64,000 nucleotides of DNA. Origin: a virus. Taxonomy: Duplodnaviria > Caudoviricetes. How positions within the stretch are numbered: position 1 is the stretch's first letter; each line of letters starts with the position of its first letter. This document shows, piece after piece, positions 18,443 to 28,590 of the stretch. A program made the translations under genes and the position numbers. Where the stretch lies: IMG/VR virus record IMGVR_UViG_3300049306_000006, positions 1-64,000 of that record, one strand, 5' to 3'. The notes beneath the pieces were generated by a model. That model made no database searches. It was not told the DNA's origin and worked only from the letters and a program-made list of their open reading frames with translations.

Positions 18443-18959
18443 CGCCGTAGCGCGTCCCTCGTGGCACGAGACGCGCCTCGAGATGGCGCGCGCCGTCGCC
18501 CGGCGCAGCCTGTGCTCCCGTGATCAGGTCGGCGCTATCATCGTTGACCGTGACAACAAGGTCATCGGTGAGGGTCACAACGGACCGCCGCGCGGCTTCT
18601 TTCACGACCAGCGGCGGTGCCTCGAGTGGTGCCAGCGAGCGCAGCGAGCGCCGGTGCTGACGGCGCACCTCGGCTCAGTCAGTGAGTTGCACCCTACGTA
18701 CGACGACTGTCCCTCGCTTCACGGTGAGGCCAACTGTCTCATGATGTCGGACCGCTCGCTGCGCGCCGGTGGCACGATCTACGTCACCAGTCACGTCTGC
18801 TTTAGCTGTGCCAAGCTGATCGCCAACTCAGGCTTAAGATACGTCTACGTCACAACCGGTGAGGAGCACGCGCACCGCTCCAGCGCCGTGTCATATGATT
18901 TTCTCGTTTATTGTGGACTCTACGTCACCGTCAACGGTGAGAGGTGGGAGAAGAAGTGA
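18417..18959 (+). CDS. dCMP deaminase family
   Basis: RSLC..DQVGAII, GHNGPP, LHGEANC, VCFSCAKLI. Confidence 0.85.
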   Translation: MTSSARHVDAVARPSWHETRLEMARAVARRSLCSRDQVGAIIVDRDNKVIGEGHNGPPRGFFHDQRRCLEWCQRAQRAPVLTAHLGSVSELHPTYDDCPSLHGEANCLMMSDRSLRAGGTIYVTSHVCFSCAKLIANSGLRYVYVTTGEEHAHRSSAVSYDFLVYCGLYVTVNGERWEKK

Positions 18960-19168
18960 GCACCTGGCAGAGGTCGAGCCGCTGCGGTGAGTCAACGCAC
19001 TGTGTCGAGGTGTGGTTCGAGCCGTCGCGAGAGAAGCTAACCGTCGACGAACCGCGTTTCGTGCTCGTGCGCAGCTCTAGTGATCCGACTGGTCCAACTC
19101 TTAGGTTCACCGAGACTGAGTGGCGTAGCTTTCTCGCCGTCGTTAGCGACGGAAACCACGACCTGTGA
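18956..19168 (+). CDS. DUF397 protein (copy 2)
   Basis: WQRSSRC..THCVEV...VRSS.DP.GPTLRFTETEWRSFL. Confidence 0.8.
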   Translation: MSTWQRSSRCGESTHCVEVWFEPSREKLTVDEPRFVLVRSSSDPTGPTLRFTETEWRSFLAVVSDGNHDL

Positions 19169-20949
19169 GCAAGCTAGCCGGAGTCCAGCTTCACCGCGTC
19201 GATGACTTCGACGACGTCCAGAGCTTTCTCGACTGGGCGTGGGCGGTCCGGAGCAAGCCCGTCGGCGTCGACACCGAGTCGACGGGCTTCTACTGGCACC
19301 GTGACGACTACGTTCGCACCGTTCAGGTCGGTGACGAGACGGACGGCTGGTGCCTGCGCTGGGACAGGTGGTCCGGCCTGTTCGAAGCCTTCCTGAAGGT
19401 TCACACCGGACCGATTGAGATGATGAACTCGAAGTTCGACTACGCCTTTCTGCGCAAGGCCGGCGTCGAGCTGGACAAGTCTCGCGTTCGCGACGTCGGC
19501 GTCATGTCTCACGTTCTCGAGCCGCACCTGTCGCGCGCGCTCAAGAACCAGGCCAAGCGGCACGTCGATCCCGCGGCCAACGCGCTGCAGTACAAGCTCG
19601 ACGAGGCCCTCGGCGCGCACGGCGGCTGGACGTGGGCTACAGTGCCGTACGACTTTCAGCCCTATTGGTCCTACGCAGCGTTGGATCCCGTCCTGACGGT
19701 GCTGCTGGCGCAGCACCACTGGCCGCTGGTCCAGGAGCAGGCGCCGGCGGCCTACGAGCTGGAGAACGCCTTCCAGTGGGTCGCCCTCACCATGGAGACG
19801 CTCGGCACTCCCGTCGACGTCGACTACGCCAGCCAGCACTACGACAAGTTCACGGCCTACTGCGCCGAGGTCGAGCGCTGGTGTCAGGCCGAGTACGCCG
19901 TCAAGCCGGGCAGCAACGCCGCGGTGATCGACGTCCTGTCCAGGGCGGGCTTCGAGTTCTCGAAGGCCACCAAGTCCGGCGCCGTCGCGCTGGACAAGGA
20001 CGTCCTGGAGGGCATCGACCACCCGCTGGCCCAGGCCGTCCTGCGCCGGCGCCAGCTCCAGAAGATCGCCTCGACGTACCTGAGGTTCTACGTCGACAAC
20101 GCGGACGCCGAGGCGCGCATTCACCCGTCGATCAACACCCTCGGAGCGCGCACGAGCCGCATGTCGATGGCCGAACCGAACTTCCAGAACCTGCCGGTGC
20201 GCGGCGGCAACCCCGCGATCAAGGTGGTACGCAACTGCGTCCGGGCCCGTCCCGGTCACACCCTGGTCTTCTCCGACTTCGACCAGGTCGAGATGCGCGG
20301 CCTGGCGATCATGTCAGGTGACCCGGGCCTGATCGCCGCCTTCCGCTCGCCGGAGGACTTCTTCGTCAACCTGGCGCGAACCGTCTACCAGGACTCGAGC
20401 ATCGAGAAGTCGGACCCGCGGCGGCAAGTGATCAAGAATACCGGCTACGCCACCATCTACGGAGCCGGAGTTTCCAAGCTCGCTCAGACCGCCGGAATCA
20501 CGCAGCAGCAGGCCGCCTGGACCAAGCAGATGTTCGACGCGACGTACCCGAGGGTTCCCGAGTTCACGCAGAGCGTCTTCACCGAAGCGATGCAGAACCT
20601 GCACTCACAGGGAACTCCGTACGTTCCGTGTCCGCTGACGGGTCGTCGTCACGTCGCTGACCGCGGCAAGGAGTACGCCCTAGTCAACTACGCAATCCAA
20701 GGGTGGGCCGCCTCCCTGTTCAAGACCAAGCTGCTGGAGGCCGACGCCGCGGGCCTCGGTGATTTCATGATACTTCCCGTACATGATGAAATCATCCTCG
20801 AGGTTGAAAACACGCAGCTGCGCGACGTCATTCACACGCTGCGCAAGGTGATGAACGACGACGAGTCGTTCGCCGTCCCGATCTCCGCCAGCGTCGCCGT
20901 CGGCGAGCGCTGGGGAGAGAAGCGTGAGCTGCGAGACGGTGAGCTGTGA
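19165..20949 (+). CDS. polA: DNA polymerase family A with 3'-5' exonuclease
   Basis: VDTES (Exo I), YAALD, SDFDQVEMR (motif A), KNTGYATIYG (motif B), PVHDEI (motif C). Confidence 0.95.
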   Translation: MSKLAGVQLHRVDDFDDVQSFLDWAWAVRSKPVGVDTESTGFYWHRDDYVRTVQVGDETDGWCLRWDRWSGLFEAFLKVHTGPIEMMNSKFDYAFLRKAGVELDKSRVRDVGVMSHVLEPHLSRALKNQAKRHVDPAANALQYKLDEALGAHGGWTWATVPYDFQPYWSYAALDPVLTVLLAQHHWPLVQEQAPAAYELENAFQWVALTMETLGTPVDVDYASQHYDKFTAYCAEVERWCQAEYAVKPGSNAAVIDVLSRAGFEFSKATKSGAVALDKDVLEGIDHPLAQAVLRRRQLQKIASTYLRFYVDNADAEARIHPSINTLGARTSRMSMAEPNFQNLPVRGGNPAIKVVRNCVRARPGHTLVFSDFDQVEMRGLAIMSGDPGLIAAFRSPEDFFVNLARTVYQDSSIEKSDPRRQVIKNTGYATIYGAGVSKLAQTAGITQQQAAWTKQMFDATYPRVPEFTQSVFTEAMQNLHSQGTPYVPCPLTGRRHVADRGKEYALVNYAIQGWAASLFKTKLLEADAAGLGDFMILPVHDEIILEVENTQLRDVIHTLRKVMNDDESFAVPISASVAVGERWGEKRELRDGEL

Positions 20950-21037
20950 CAACGTGGACTAAGCACCACACCACGCTGCTGTTAGGAGTCGTTCTCGTGT
21001 GTTTCAGCGGCTGCCTCTTTGTATTAGTGAGATGTTG

Positions 21038-21250
21038 ATGAAAACAAGAAAACTAAGAGTTTTAAAGACAGCGTCAACCTGGTGGCGTATCATCACACGT
21101 CAACAAACGCCGATAGAAAAAGCACGACGTGCGATCAGGGGAGCTCGCCGCCAGAGCGAGTGGCTCGGTAAGAGGCCGTTCAGCGACAAGTACGGCTATG
21201 ACGGCAGCGCCGAGTCGTCACGTTTCGTCGGATACGATGACAAGACTTGA
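21038..21250 (+). CDS. small basic hypothetical protein
   Basis: Low-GC ORF MKTRKLRVLK... Confidence 0.45.
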   Translation: MKTRKLRVLKTASTWWRIITRQQTPIEKARRAIRGARRQSEWLGKRPFSDKYGYDGSAESSRFVGYDDKT

Positions 21251-21426
21251 GGAAGTGAGTGATTAGGTGACTGTCGACTGGAAGTGGCGCTTCGTGGACG
21301 CGGGTTGTCCGAACTGCGGCGCTCAGCGAGGTGGACCGGAGGGTCTACACCACCACGACTTAACCGTCTGGTGCCTACGCTGCGGCTGGGGCCGCAACTG
21401 GACTGACCTAGCGGTGAGGTACCAGC

Positions 21427-21879
21427 GTGATCCTAGTAGGCGTTGATCCCGGCAAGGTCACCGGTCTCGCGGTCTGGTGGTCGCCGGAGTCATACGACTC
21501 GGCGGCCGCTAACCGCGGTCCGCTGGATACCGCGGAGGTAACCGCTTCACACGTTACGCCGGTCCTACGCCGAATGCTCGACGGTCGGCGACCAACTCTG
21601 GTGGCCGTCGAGCGCTACCGCCAGACGGGACGTAAGACTCACCAACCGCACGCCTACGAGGTGATCGGCGCCGTCAAGGCGCTGTGTGACGAGCTGACTG
21701 TCCGCTGCGTCTACCAGTCGCCGTCACCGACACAGAAGACCGGTCGTCCCGAGCTGCTGCGCCAGCTCGGCTGGTTCGTTAAGTCCAAGGACGGCCACGC
21801 GAACGCGGCGACCGGTAACGTGCTACACTGCCTAGCTACCTTTTATCCCGAGACATACGCCGAACTTGTTGGCTTGTAG
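21427..21879 (+). CDS. RuvC-like Holliday junction resolvase
   Basis: ILVGVDPGKVTGLA, VAVERY, HANAA. Confidence 0.8.
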   Translation: MILVGVDPGKVTGLAVWWSPESYDSAAANRGPLDTAEVTASHVTPVLRRMLDGRRPTLVAVERYRQTGRKTHQPHAYEVIGAVKALCDELTVRCVYQSPSPTQKTGRPELLRQLGWFVKSKDGHANAATGNVLHCLATFYPETYAELVGL

Positions 21880-21935
21880 TAGGATAGACACGAGACACGA
21901 GACACGAGACGAGCGAAACTGAGAGGAGTGAACCG

Positions 21936-22145
21936 GTGAGTGACGACTTCTACCTCAAGACACCGCCGCTCAACCACCCCGACTGGCGTCCGTACGCCTT
22001 TAACGGCCACTACTGCGTCGCCGAGCGGTGGTGCCCGTGCGGCCACTGGGGCGCCGGTCGCCGTGCCACGAGGCGCGTCGACGGTAAGCGCGGTTTGGTG
22101 ACGCTGGACCGGATCGAGGAGAGCGGTGGCGATGGCGCACGCTGA
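21936..22145 (+). CDS. hypothetical protein
   Basis: GAGGAG RBS; TAGGAT -10 element. Confidence 0.55.
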   Translation: MSDDFYLKTPPLNHPDWRPYAFNGHYCVAERWCPCGHWGAGRRATRRVDGKRGLVTLDRIEESGGDGAR

Positions 22146-22416
22146 CATCCTCGACACGGCTAAGCGCCGGATCTTCGTCCAGACGGTCTGGAGCGAAAAA
22201 GAAATGATCAAGCTGGTTCCCGGCTCGTCGTGGGACAACGACCGCAAGCTGTGGACGGTGCCGCTGACGTGGCCCGCGTGTCTCCAGCTGCGCGGAATCT
22301 TCGGCCAGACGCTGACCGTCGGACCCGAGCTGACCCGCTGGGCGGCCGAGGAGCACGCCGGACGCGTCGGTCGTGCGCTCGAGCTGCGCAACTTGACGGA
22401 ATTAAATCATGACTAA
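22126..22416 (+). CDS. HARP-like helicase accessory domain protein
   Basis: EKEMIKLVPGSSWDNDRKLWTVP, like the N-terminal domain of phage SNF2 helicases. Confidence 0.6.
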   Translation: MAMAHADILDTAKRRIFVQTVWSEKEMIKLVPGSSWDNDRKLWTVPLTWPACLQLRGIFGQTLTVGPELTRWAAEEHAGRVGRALELRNLTELNHD

Positions 22417-24100
22417 GACTTATGAACTGTTCGATTATCAGCGAGCTGACGTAGCGTTTCTTGAAGTCGCAGGCAGTGCGCTCCTCGGTAATGACATGGG
22501 TCTTGGTAAGGGACCTGCAGCTCTAAAGACGATCGAACGAGTAGACGGGCTGCCCGCGCTCGTCGTATCACCGAACTCGATGAAGTTCACGTGGGCGCTG
22601 GAGGCCGAGAGGTGGTTACCGTCCGCCAAGCCGTACGTCGTCGACGGCACAGCCGCGGCGCGCAAGAAGCTGCTCAGTGCGGCCTCGCAGGACCCGAGCG
22701 CGCTCGTCATCATCAACTATGAAGCGCTGCGCGGCCACTCCCGCCTAGCGGGCTACGGCTCGATCGCGCTGGCGCGCTGTCCCGAGTGCGGCGGCAGCGA
22801 CCCGAAGGTGACACATACTAAGTGTGAGGTTCACCCGCGCGAGCTCAACGTCATTCCCTTCAAGACAGTCATACTAGACGAGGCTCACCGCTGTAAGGAC
22901 TGTCACTCGAAGCAGACTCGCGCCGCCTGGGCCATCGGCCAGGGCAAGACGGTGACGCGTCGCTACGCGCTGACGGGCACCGCGATCTCGGGTGACCCGT
23001 CCGACCTGTGGTCGATCCTACACTTTCTGGCACCGGACGAGCACCCAACCAAGACCAAGTTCGTCGACAGGTACTGCGTCCAGGCCTTCAACGCGTGGGG
23101 CGGCCTCGACGTCAAGGGCCTGCACCCCGCGACCCGTGAGGAGTTCTACCGTGTCATCGACCCGCGCTTTCGCCGAATGCCGAAGGACCTAGTCCTCTCA
23201 CAGCTGCCGCCGAAGGTCCGCTCGACCCGCTTCGTCGAGCTGACGCCGAAGCAGCGGAAAGCGTATGACGAGCTCGAGACGGGCCTGGTAACGCGGCTGC
23301 CCGACGGTAACGTGCTGGTCGCCAGCAACGACCTAGAGGCGCAGGTCCGCCTGCTTCAGTTCGCCTCGGGAACCATGGAACGCACCTTTGTGCCGCTGGA
23401 CTACGAGCGCGCCCTCCAGCTGAACCAGGCACACCGCGCCGGCGGCAAGGGTGAGCTGTTTACCGCGGCCGAGCTGGCGTACGTTCGCGAGACCGGCTTT
23501 CATCCCAGGCCGACGTACCGAATGTGCGACCCGTCATCGAAGGTAGACGCGCTGGTGGACATCCTGGAGGAGCTCGGTGACAAGCCGGTCCTGGTCTCGG
23601 CGGCTCACCGCCAGCTGATCAACCTAGCGGCGGCGCGGCTCGACAAGCTGAAGATTCAACACGGTTTACTCGTCGGCGGTCAGCAGGCCTTCGAGCGCCA
23701 GGCGACGCTGCGTGACTTCCAGGCCGGCAAGCTGCGCGTCCTGCTGTTCACGCTAGCCGCGGGCGGCACAGGCCTGACGCTGACCGCGGCCGACACGCAG
23801 GTCAGGCTCCAGCGCTCGTGGTCACTGATCGAGAACCTACAAGCGGAGGACCGAAATCACCGCATCGGCTCGGAGATCCACTCATCGATTCACTACGTCG
23901 ACGTCGTTGCTAGGGGAACCGTCGAGGAGGTCCAGCTGGAGCGCCTGTGGGAGAAGACCGAGCGCCTCGAGGAGATCAACCGTGACCGGGCGCGGCTTCA
24001 GCTGGAACGCCGAGTTACCGACGAGCTCGACGCCGAGCTCGCGCGGCTCGAGGCTCTCAACCTCGGTGAGGTCTCTCAACCTAAGGAAGGAGACGCGTGA
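22409..24100 (+). CDS. SNF2-family helicase
   Basis: DMGLGK, ILDEAH, LTGT, QAEDRNHRIG. Confidence 0.9.
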   Translation: MTKTYELFDYQRADVAFLEVAGSALLGNDMGLGKGPAALKTIERVDGLPALVVSPNSMKFTWALEAERWLPSAKPYVVDGTAAARKKLLSAASQDPSALVIINYEALRGHSRLAGYGSIALARCPECGGSDPKVTHTKCEVHPRELNVIPFKTVILDEAHRCKDCHSKQTRAAWAIGQGKTVTRRYALTGTAISGDPSDLWSILHFLAPDEHPTKTKFVDRYCVQAFNAWGGLDVKGLHPATREEFYRVIDPRFRRMPKDLVLSQLPPKVRSTRFVELTPKQRKAYDELETGLVTRLPDGNVLVASNDLEAQVRLLQFASGTMERTFVPLDYERALQLNQAHRAGGKGELFTAAELAYVRETGFHPRPTYRMCDPSSKVDALVDILEELGDKPVLVSAAHRQLINLAAARLDKLKIQHGLLVGGQQAFERQATLRDFQAGKLRVLLFTLAAGGTGLTLTAADTQVRLQRSWSLIENLQAEDRNHRIGSEIHSSIHYVDVVARGTVEEVQLERLWEKTERLEEINRDRARLQLERRVTDELDAELARLEALNLGEVSQPKEGDA

Positions 24101-24274
24101 GCTTTTTGTTCGGTCTAGTCCTCGGCGCGCTGGTCACCGGCGTCGCCGGGTACGCGTGGCTGTTCTGGTACTTTAAGGACTCGTTCAAGTGATCGGCAGA
24201 GACTGGGCGATCGACGCGGCGTACGTCGTGCAGACGGCGCTGGTGTTCCTCTGTATCCTCGGGACGGTGTGGTC

Positions 24275-25267
24275 GTGACGATCGTCGACGGCGTCCGCGT
24301 CGTGAGTAACTCTGAGCTCCAAGCGTTTAAGTGGTGTCGCCGCCACTGGTGGCTGGCCTGGTACCGCGGGCTGACGCCGCGCGCCGGCGAGAGCGTCACC
24401 GGCGCAGCGGCGACCGGTACGCGGATCCACGAGGCGCTAGCCGGCTACTACGTTCCCGACGACCAGCCGGCGGCCGACCCGCTGGTGACGCTGCGCGCCG
24501 CGCAGCAGCGTGACCTGGCGCTGCACGTCGGTCGCGCCTTCGGTCCGGACCAGCCGCTCGGCGACGAGAACGAGCGGGCGCTGACGCTGAGCGAGGGTAA
24601 GCGCCTCGAGAGCGACTTCGTCCTCGAGCAGCGGGTGATCGAGGGCTACCTGGAGTGGCTCGCCGAGACGGGAGCCGACGCCGAGTGGGAGATCATCGGC
24701 TCTGAGCAGTACGTCGAGACCGTCATCGAGGTCGAGGACTGCGGTCCCGTCAAGCTGATCGGCAAGCTCGACGCGCGGGTGCGCAGCCGGGTCACCGGTC
24801 AGCTTAGGTTCATAGACCATAAAACCGTCTCGACGCTCTTCGACCCGCTGCTCGGCCTCAACCAGCAGATGCTGCACTACGAGCTCATCGGCACGCTGCT
24901 CGGCTGGGGACCGACGACCGGCGCGCTGTACAACATGCTCCGCAAGGTCAAGCGCACCGCCGCGGCGCGGCCGCCGTTCTACGCGCGTGTTCAGATCGAT
25001 CACAACAAGCACGAGCTTCAGGCGTACTCGGCACAGCTGGCAGGTACAATTCGTGATATGATAGACGTCGAGCGTCGGCTCGCCGCGGGCGTCTCGCACC
25101 ACGCGGCGGCGTACCCGACGCCGGGCCGTGACTGCGGCTGGAGGTGCCAGTTCGTCGGTGTGTGCCGCCTGCTCAACGACGGCTCACGCTCCGAGGACGC
25201 GCTGACCGATCTCTATGAGGTCAGGGACCCGCTGACCTACTACGGTAGCAGTAGAGAAGGAGAGTAG
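24275..25267 (+). CDS. Cas4/RecB-like PD-(D/E)XK exonuclease
   Basis: SNSEL..FKWC, GTRIH, GKLD...IDHKT, C-terminal CGWRCQF..VC. Confidence 0.85.
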   Translation: MTIVDGVRVVSNSELQAFKWCRRHWWLAWYRGLTPRAGESVTGAAATGTRIHEALAGYYVPDDQPAADPLVTLRAAQQRDLALHVGRAFGPDQPLGDENERALTLSEGKRLESDFVLEQRVIEGYLEWLAETGADAEWEIIGSEQYVETVIEVEDCGPVKLIGKLDARVRSRVTGQLRFIDHKTVSTLFDPLLGLNQQMLHYELIGTLLGWGPTTGALYNMLRKVKRTAAARPPFYARVQIDHNKHELQAYSAQLAGTIRDMIDVERRLAAGVSHHAAAYPTPGRDCGWRCQFVGVCRLLNDGSRSEDALTDLYEVRDPLTYYGSSREGE

Positions 25268-25271
25268 AGGA

Positions 25272-25607
25272 GTGATTAGTTGGCTCGACACGGACCCGGC
25301 GACGTGGAACGTCGTGGCCGCGGGCTACGCACAGAGCTGCCCGGACGACTGCGGCAACCGGATCGAGGTCGGCACGCCGATCACTCGCGCCTCGGGCGTC
25401 TGGCGCCGGCGAACCTGTGTCCTGCGTCAGTGGAACGACTACCAGCGGCTCGTGCTCACCGGAACACAGGCCGAGCTTACCGCCGCGATCAAGCGTGTGA
25501 CCAGGCTCGGCGGCTACCTGGTAGTGCGCGGCTGGGACCCGCGGGAAGCGCGTGACGCGCGTTTCCGGTGGACGGAAGTGACACCGACCGAGGAGGAAGA
25601 CAGGTGA
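25272..25607 (+). CDS. hypothetical protein
   Basis: RBS; coupled. Confidence 0.55.
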   Translation: MISWLDTDPATWNVVAAGYAQSCPDDCGNRIEVGTPITRASGVWRRRTCVLRQWNDYQRLVLTGTQAELTAAIKRVTRLGGYLVVRGWDPREARDARFRWTEVTPTEEEDR

Positions 25608-25789
25608 CCGGTAACCGCAGAGAGAAGCGGCTCGCCCGTGAGCGCCGGGAGCAGCTCGGCTGCGACTACGCGACGGCGCTGCGTCAGGTTCGCGCCGAGT
25701 ACGAGGAGAAGCTGCTCGCTCGGACGCGAGCGCTGCTCGACAACGTCGAAACCGTGACAGTGACTCACGACAAGGAGTCAAGTGAGTAA
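25604..25789 (+). CDS. hypothetical protein
   Basis: GTG coupled start (MTGNRREKRLAR...YATALR). Confidence 0.55.
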   Translation: MTGNRREKRLARERREQLGCDYATALRQVRAEYEEKLLARTRALLDNVETVTVTHDKESSE

Positions 25790-26555
25790 GTCTGAGACGG
25801 AGGCCGTCCTCTCCACACTGATCCACGCGGACTCCAAGGAGGGTAAGACGACGGTAGCCAGTACGTCACCGACGCCGCACCTGGTGCTGGACGCGGAGGG
25901 TTCGTGGAAGTTCATCGACGAGGTCGGCTACCGCTCGGGAAAGCGGCTGAGCAAGCTGGCGTGGAACCCGCTGACTGAACCTGTCCCGCGCCAGACGGAC
26001 GGAGACTGGAACCTCGTGCGAGTCAACGTTCACTCGTGGGACGTTCTGGCGGCGACGTACCGCTGGCTGTCACAGGCCGAGCACGACTTCGTCTCGGTGA
26101 CGCTCGACTCGATCACCGAGGCTCAGCGTCGGTGCAAGAAGAACATCCGCACTGGCACCGAGCAGATGCAGACCCAGCAGTGGGGCCAGCTGCTCGACCA
26201 GATGGACGGCCTGATCCGCGGCTTTCGCGACCTGACGCTGCTACCTAATCCGATTCGCGTCGTCAACTTCATCTCGGAGACGGTGATGAAGGACGGCAAG
26301 TGGCGCCCGTACATGCAGGGTCAGATACGCGACACGATTCCGTATTTCGTCGACATCTGCGGCTACCTATTCACCGAGCTGCGCCCGAACGGCGACAAGC
26401 AGGACAAGGTCAAGCGCCTGCTGATCGGCGCCGGAGTCAACCCTGGCTACCTGGCGGGCGAGCGCGTCCAGGGACGCCTGCCGGACATCATCGACAACCC
26501 AAGCATCGCGGATATGCTAGCTAAGGTGTATCCCGACTTTAAGGAGAGCGAGTGA
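25782..26555 (+). CDS. AAA_24/Sak4-like ATPase
   Basis: HADSKEGKTT, LDAEG, TLDSITE, QQWGQL. Confidence 0.8.
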   Translation: MSKSETEAVLSTLIHADSKEGKTTVASTSPTPHLVLDAEGSWKFIDEVGYRSGKRLSKLAWNPLTEPVPRQTDGDWNLVRVNVHSWDVLAATYRWLSQAEHDFVSVTLDSITEAQRRCKKNIRTGTEQMQTQQWGQLLDQMDGLIRGFRDLTLLPNPIRVVNFISETVMKDGKWRPYMQGQIRDTIPYFVDICGYLFTELRPNGDKQDKVKRLLIGAGVNPGYLAGERVQGRLPDIIDNPSIADMLAKVYPDFKESE

Positions 26556-27181
26556 GCGAGAACACCATCGACTGGGCCAGCCTACACCAGGACAGCACGA
26601 CGACGCTGGAGGGGGAGTTTCCCGTCGTCATCGTGGAGGCGACGGCGACCAAGACTAACGACCAGTCGAAAGATATGATTAAGTGGAAGGCCAAGGTCGA
26701 GTCCGGTCCGTACGCGGGACGGCCGTTGTGGGGCAACTTCACGATCTCTCCCGAGTCGCCCGGCGCGATGCGCATCCTGTTCTCTCACCTGGCCGTCCTC
26801 GGACTGGACGGCGCCTTCTTTGCGGCCAACCAGCACGCGCCCGTCGCGGTGATCGCGCAGGCGCTGGTCGGCCGCAAGGCGGTCGCCGAGGTCGGCACCC
26901 GCTCGTGGAACGGTACCGAACGTGAGGAGGTCAAGGCGTGGAAGCCCGCGCTCGGCGGACCGGGAGGCGGTACCTCCCTGGGCGTTCTGGGCGGTCTTAC
27001 CGGCGGAGGCGGTAGTTCGCTCGGCGGAACGCCCGTCGCGCCGTCAGCGGGCGTCTCGCCGGCCCCAAAAGCCGCGCAGTCACCGGTCTCGGGCCCTTCG
27101 GTGTCGGCGGCAACTACGCCCGCGGTCTCCGAAGTTACCTCTAGCGAACCGTCGACTCCCGCTCCTGAGCTGCCCTTCTAG
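26552..27181 (+). CDS. DUF669-like single-stranded DNA-binding protein
   Basis: MIKWKAKVESGPYAGRPLW; low-complexity tail ending ELPF; follows the Sak4-like gene. Confidence 0.75.
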   Translation: MSENTIDWASLHQDSTTTLEGEFPVVIVEATATKTNDQSKDMIKWKAKVESGPYAGRPLWGNFTISPESPGAMRILFSHLAVLGLDGAFFAANQHAPVAVIAQALVGRKAVAEVGTRSWNGTEREEVKAWKPALGGPGGGTSLGVLGGLTGGGGSSLGGTPVAPSAGVSPAPKAAQSPVSGPSVSAATTPAVSEVTSSEPSTPAPELPF

Positions 27182-27210
27182 GCTACGATGATACATGACT
27201 ACGTAGTAGA

Positions 27211-28590
27211 GTGGTGGACGATGAGTCCACCGCTCTCTCACAGAGGAGTGAAGTGCGAAAACGTGTAGGATACGCTAAGTTAGGTCGATCGATGCCCCTC
27301 TCGCTTGCCAGGTGCGGCACCGCGGGCGGAGACGTCGAGATGATTCCGACGCTGAAGCTGCTCGCTGAGCGTCACCCGGACGTCGACTTCATCCTAGTCG
27401 GCCGCAACACCGGCGAGCTTCCCGCGGCCGTCGGCCTGCCGACTAACGTCTCCAACCCCTGGGTCACCTGGCAGCCGCTGATCCGCGCCGAGCTCAACGC
27501 GGCGGGTCTCAATCACGGAAATTTGACGATCGACGAGCACGTTCGTGTCCGTGAGATCCTCGAGGCGCACACGCGCGCGACGTTCGAGTCGCTCGACGGC
27601 CTCGTGTCGTGGCTCGGCCAGCACGGCACGACCAACACGCCGCTACCGTCGATCCAGGAACGCTCGAGGCTGACCAAACCGTACGACTGGTCGTCGCTCT
27701 ACTGCTCGTACCTGCTGTGGGGAGTCAACGCCTGGCGTGACGCGGACCCGCTGAGACGTGAGGAGGTGCTGCTGAACGCGGACCCGCGTAACTACCCGAA
27801 GTACCGTGACACGAAGTGGCCGCTGCGTCATCCCGTTCTCGCGCAGTACGACGTCGTTAACACGATCAAGCACGAGCGCTACGGCGACGCTACGGGCTTC
27901 GAGTGGTGGCACCTCGTTCTAGGTGACGACGTCGACGTCGAACCCGGTCGAGACGAGAACGAGCTCTGGCGGTCGAAGGTCCGCAGCGTCTACTCGCGCC
28001 TAGAGATCTCGGCGCTGGTTCCCGGTACGCCGTTCGGCGACACCGTCAAGTTCGATGACGACTTCGAGCGACCGCACGACCTCGGTCTCGTCATCAACGA
28101 GACCCGACGTGAGGGCGCGCTCGGCAAGACTCGTCGTCAGATCTTACGTGACTGGGTACTACCGCTGGAGCCCGCCTTCATCCGCGGCAAGTGGTCCGAC
28201 CAGTCACAGCGCGAGCTGGGTGTCGAGATCACTCCAGTTCCTGTGGTTAACTACCTAAGCTTGCTCCAGACGGCGCGCTGCACGCTGACGACGCCGTCAT
28301 CAGGCTCCGGCTGGGCGACCGCCAAGCCGTGGGAAGCGTTCGCCGCGGGCGTCGTCTGCTTCTTTCACAACGCGTATGACGACCAGGATCACATCCTCGG
28401 TGACGCGCCGCCGGAGCTGCGCGCTTTCCTGCGCGTCGGCTCGGCCGCGGAGCTCGCGGAGCGCGTCCGAACGGTGTCACGAGACCGCGAGACGTGGCGG
28501 TGGGCCGTCAAGCTCCAGCGTGAGCACTTCGAGCGTGCCGTCGCCGAGCTACGCTGGCTCAGGCTGATCGAGGAGAGGCTGGAGCTGTAG
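27211..28590 (+). CDS. GT-B glycosyltransferase, probably DNA/nucleotide-modifying
   Basis: C-terminal TLTTP..SGWATAKPWEAFAAGVVCFF donor-binding motif; located among replication and nucleotide genes. Confidence 0.7.
   Translation: MVDDESTALSQRSEVRKRVGYAKLGRSMPLSLARCGTAGGDVEMIPTLKLLAERHPDVDFILVGRNTGELPAAVGLPTNVSNPWVTWQPLIRAELNAAGLNHGNLTIDEHVRVREILEAHTRATFESLDGLVSWLGQHGTTNTPLPSIQERSRLTKPYDWSSLYCSYLLWGVNAWRDADPLRREEVLLNADPRNYPKYRDTKWPLRHPVLAQYDVVNTIKHERYGDATGFEWWHLVLGDDVDVEPGRDENELWRSKVRSVYSRLEISALVPGTPFGDTVKFDDDFERPHDLGLVINETRREGALGKTRRQILRDWVLPLEPAFIRGKWSDQSQRELGVEITPVPVVNYLSLLQTARCTLTTPSSGSGWATAKPWEAFAAGVVCFFHNAYDDQDHILGDAPPELRAFLRVGSAAELAERVRTVSRDRETWRWAVKLQREHFERAVAELRWLRLIEERLEL

Noticed and set aside
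19174-20259. 361-aa minus-strand ORF
   Set aside because: Antisense shadow of polA
21887-21911. GACACGA x3 (similar to CCGCGAGACA x2 at about 12341)
   Set aside because: Short leader microsatellites; too little evidence for a shared operator
24275-25267. Cas4-like gene as evidence of a CRISPR-Cas system
   Set aside because: No array or other cas genes; it sits in the standard phage nuclease-ATPase-SSB recombination module
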